A DNA stretch of 64,000 bases from Candidatus Aminicenantes bacterium. Lineage in GTDB: Bacteria; Acidobacteriota; Aminicenantia; Aminicenantales; Aminicenantaceae. The position numbers and the translations under genes were made by a program. The stretch lies in assembly GCA_021162615.1 (NCBI GenBank), contig JAGGYH010000100.1:6065-70064 (forward strand), in the 5' to 3' direction. Below are positions 63,462-64,000 of the stretch, in pieces (position 1 is the first letter of the stretch; the number at the start of each line of letters is the position of its first letter). The notes below the pieces were generated by a model. The model was not told the DNA's origin, searched no databases, and saw only the letters and a program-made list of their open reading frames with translations.

Positions 63462-64000
63462 CAGATTTCCTCTTTTATTATACTGATATTTGCCGGATCT
63501 GCTGAGCCCAGACCTAACTCCTCTGCAGTTTTAATGTAAAGAGGCTCTCTGTTCTCTTCCTTTAAAGAGGGGAGACCGTGTTTTTTTCTCAGTTCTTCAA
63601 TGACCTGCCAGCCGATGTAGTCAGCAGCAACAGGATCTGTGCTCATAATCAAGCCTCCGTAATTTTCTGTCCAGAGGGAATGGTAGGCCGGCCCTTTATG
63701 GAACTGTACTGTCAAGGCATCAATGACAGTGAGTTTGTGTTTTCCCCTTATTGCAGCTGTGTCAAACAGGTCAGCCACAAAAGGATTGCAATTATAATCG
63801 TGATATTTATTTGGATTGTGGATGGAGCCAAAGTAGTTTTTCATACCAGCGGTAATGCCGGCTAATCCGTGGTCTTTAAGGATGGCCAGGCTTATTGATT
63901 GTGAGATAATGTCAGATTGGATGGAGGAGAACCGGCTGCCTATGCTCCGGTGAACAGTAAGGTCTTTATCGTAACCTATGGTGTTTGAATCCGTTCCGAA
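63461..64000 (-). CDS. DUF362 domain protein (C-terminal part; ORF continues past the right edge)
   Basis: The frame is open from 64000 down to the listed Met at 63844. LKDHGLAGITAGMKNYFGSIHNP is a typical DUF362 motif. The stop overlaps the start of the radical SAM gene. Confidence 0.6.
   Translation of the reverse strand, partial: FGTDSNTIGYDKDLTVHRSIGSRFSSIQSDIISQSISLAILKDHGLAGITAGMKNYFGSIHNPNKYHDYNCNPFVADLFDTAAIRGKHKLTVIDALTVQFHKGPAYHSLWTENYGGLIMSTDPVAADYIGWQVIEELRKKHGLPSLKEENREPLYIKTAEELGLGSADPANISIIKEEI

Overview
AT-rich bacterial chromosomal window with anaerobe-type gene content; I cannot assign the lineage by eye. It holds about 50 credible protein genes, three tRNAs (Arg-CCG, Ser-UGA, Ser-GCU) and a long Bacillus-type SRP RNA. 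Housekeeping blocks are rsmD, rpmE-prfA-prmC, tkt, gltX, cobO, serS, metE, argS, gcvT and gcvH-gcvPA-gcvPB-glyQ-glyS. Accessory content includes an ABC-2 exporter and several c-di-GMP proteins (REC-HD-GYP, GAF-GGDEF-PilZ, GAF-degenerate GGDEF, stand-alone PilZ). It also includes two ~1060-aa secreted BNR/sortilin-like paralogs flanking a FAD-linked oxidase, a signal-bearing M42 peptidase pair and a secreted M14 peptidase. A tight nine-gene minus-strand redox cluster runs hdrC-hdrB-(2-oxoacid:Fd oxidoreductase delta-alpha-beta-gamma)-hdrA-FrdB-like-FrdA-like. The most unusual feature is non-coding. Most longer intergenic spacers carry a member of one miniature inverted-repeat family (termini TTAACCTG..TATTCATAA; at least 14 copies or solo termini in 64 kb). 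Five copies carry a strongly conserved, GC-rich ~100-nt core with compensatory substitutions, a candidate structured RNA or DNA hairpin. Other copies carry unrelated cargo or nothing. Several copies abut stop codons, and the one at the glyS 3' end is bracketed by a triplicated 24-34-bp direct repeat. A second palindromic ~230-bp element sits upstream of gltX and serS. I see no transposase, phage, CRISPR-cas or recognisable defence genes.
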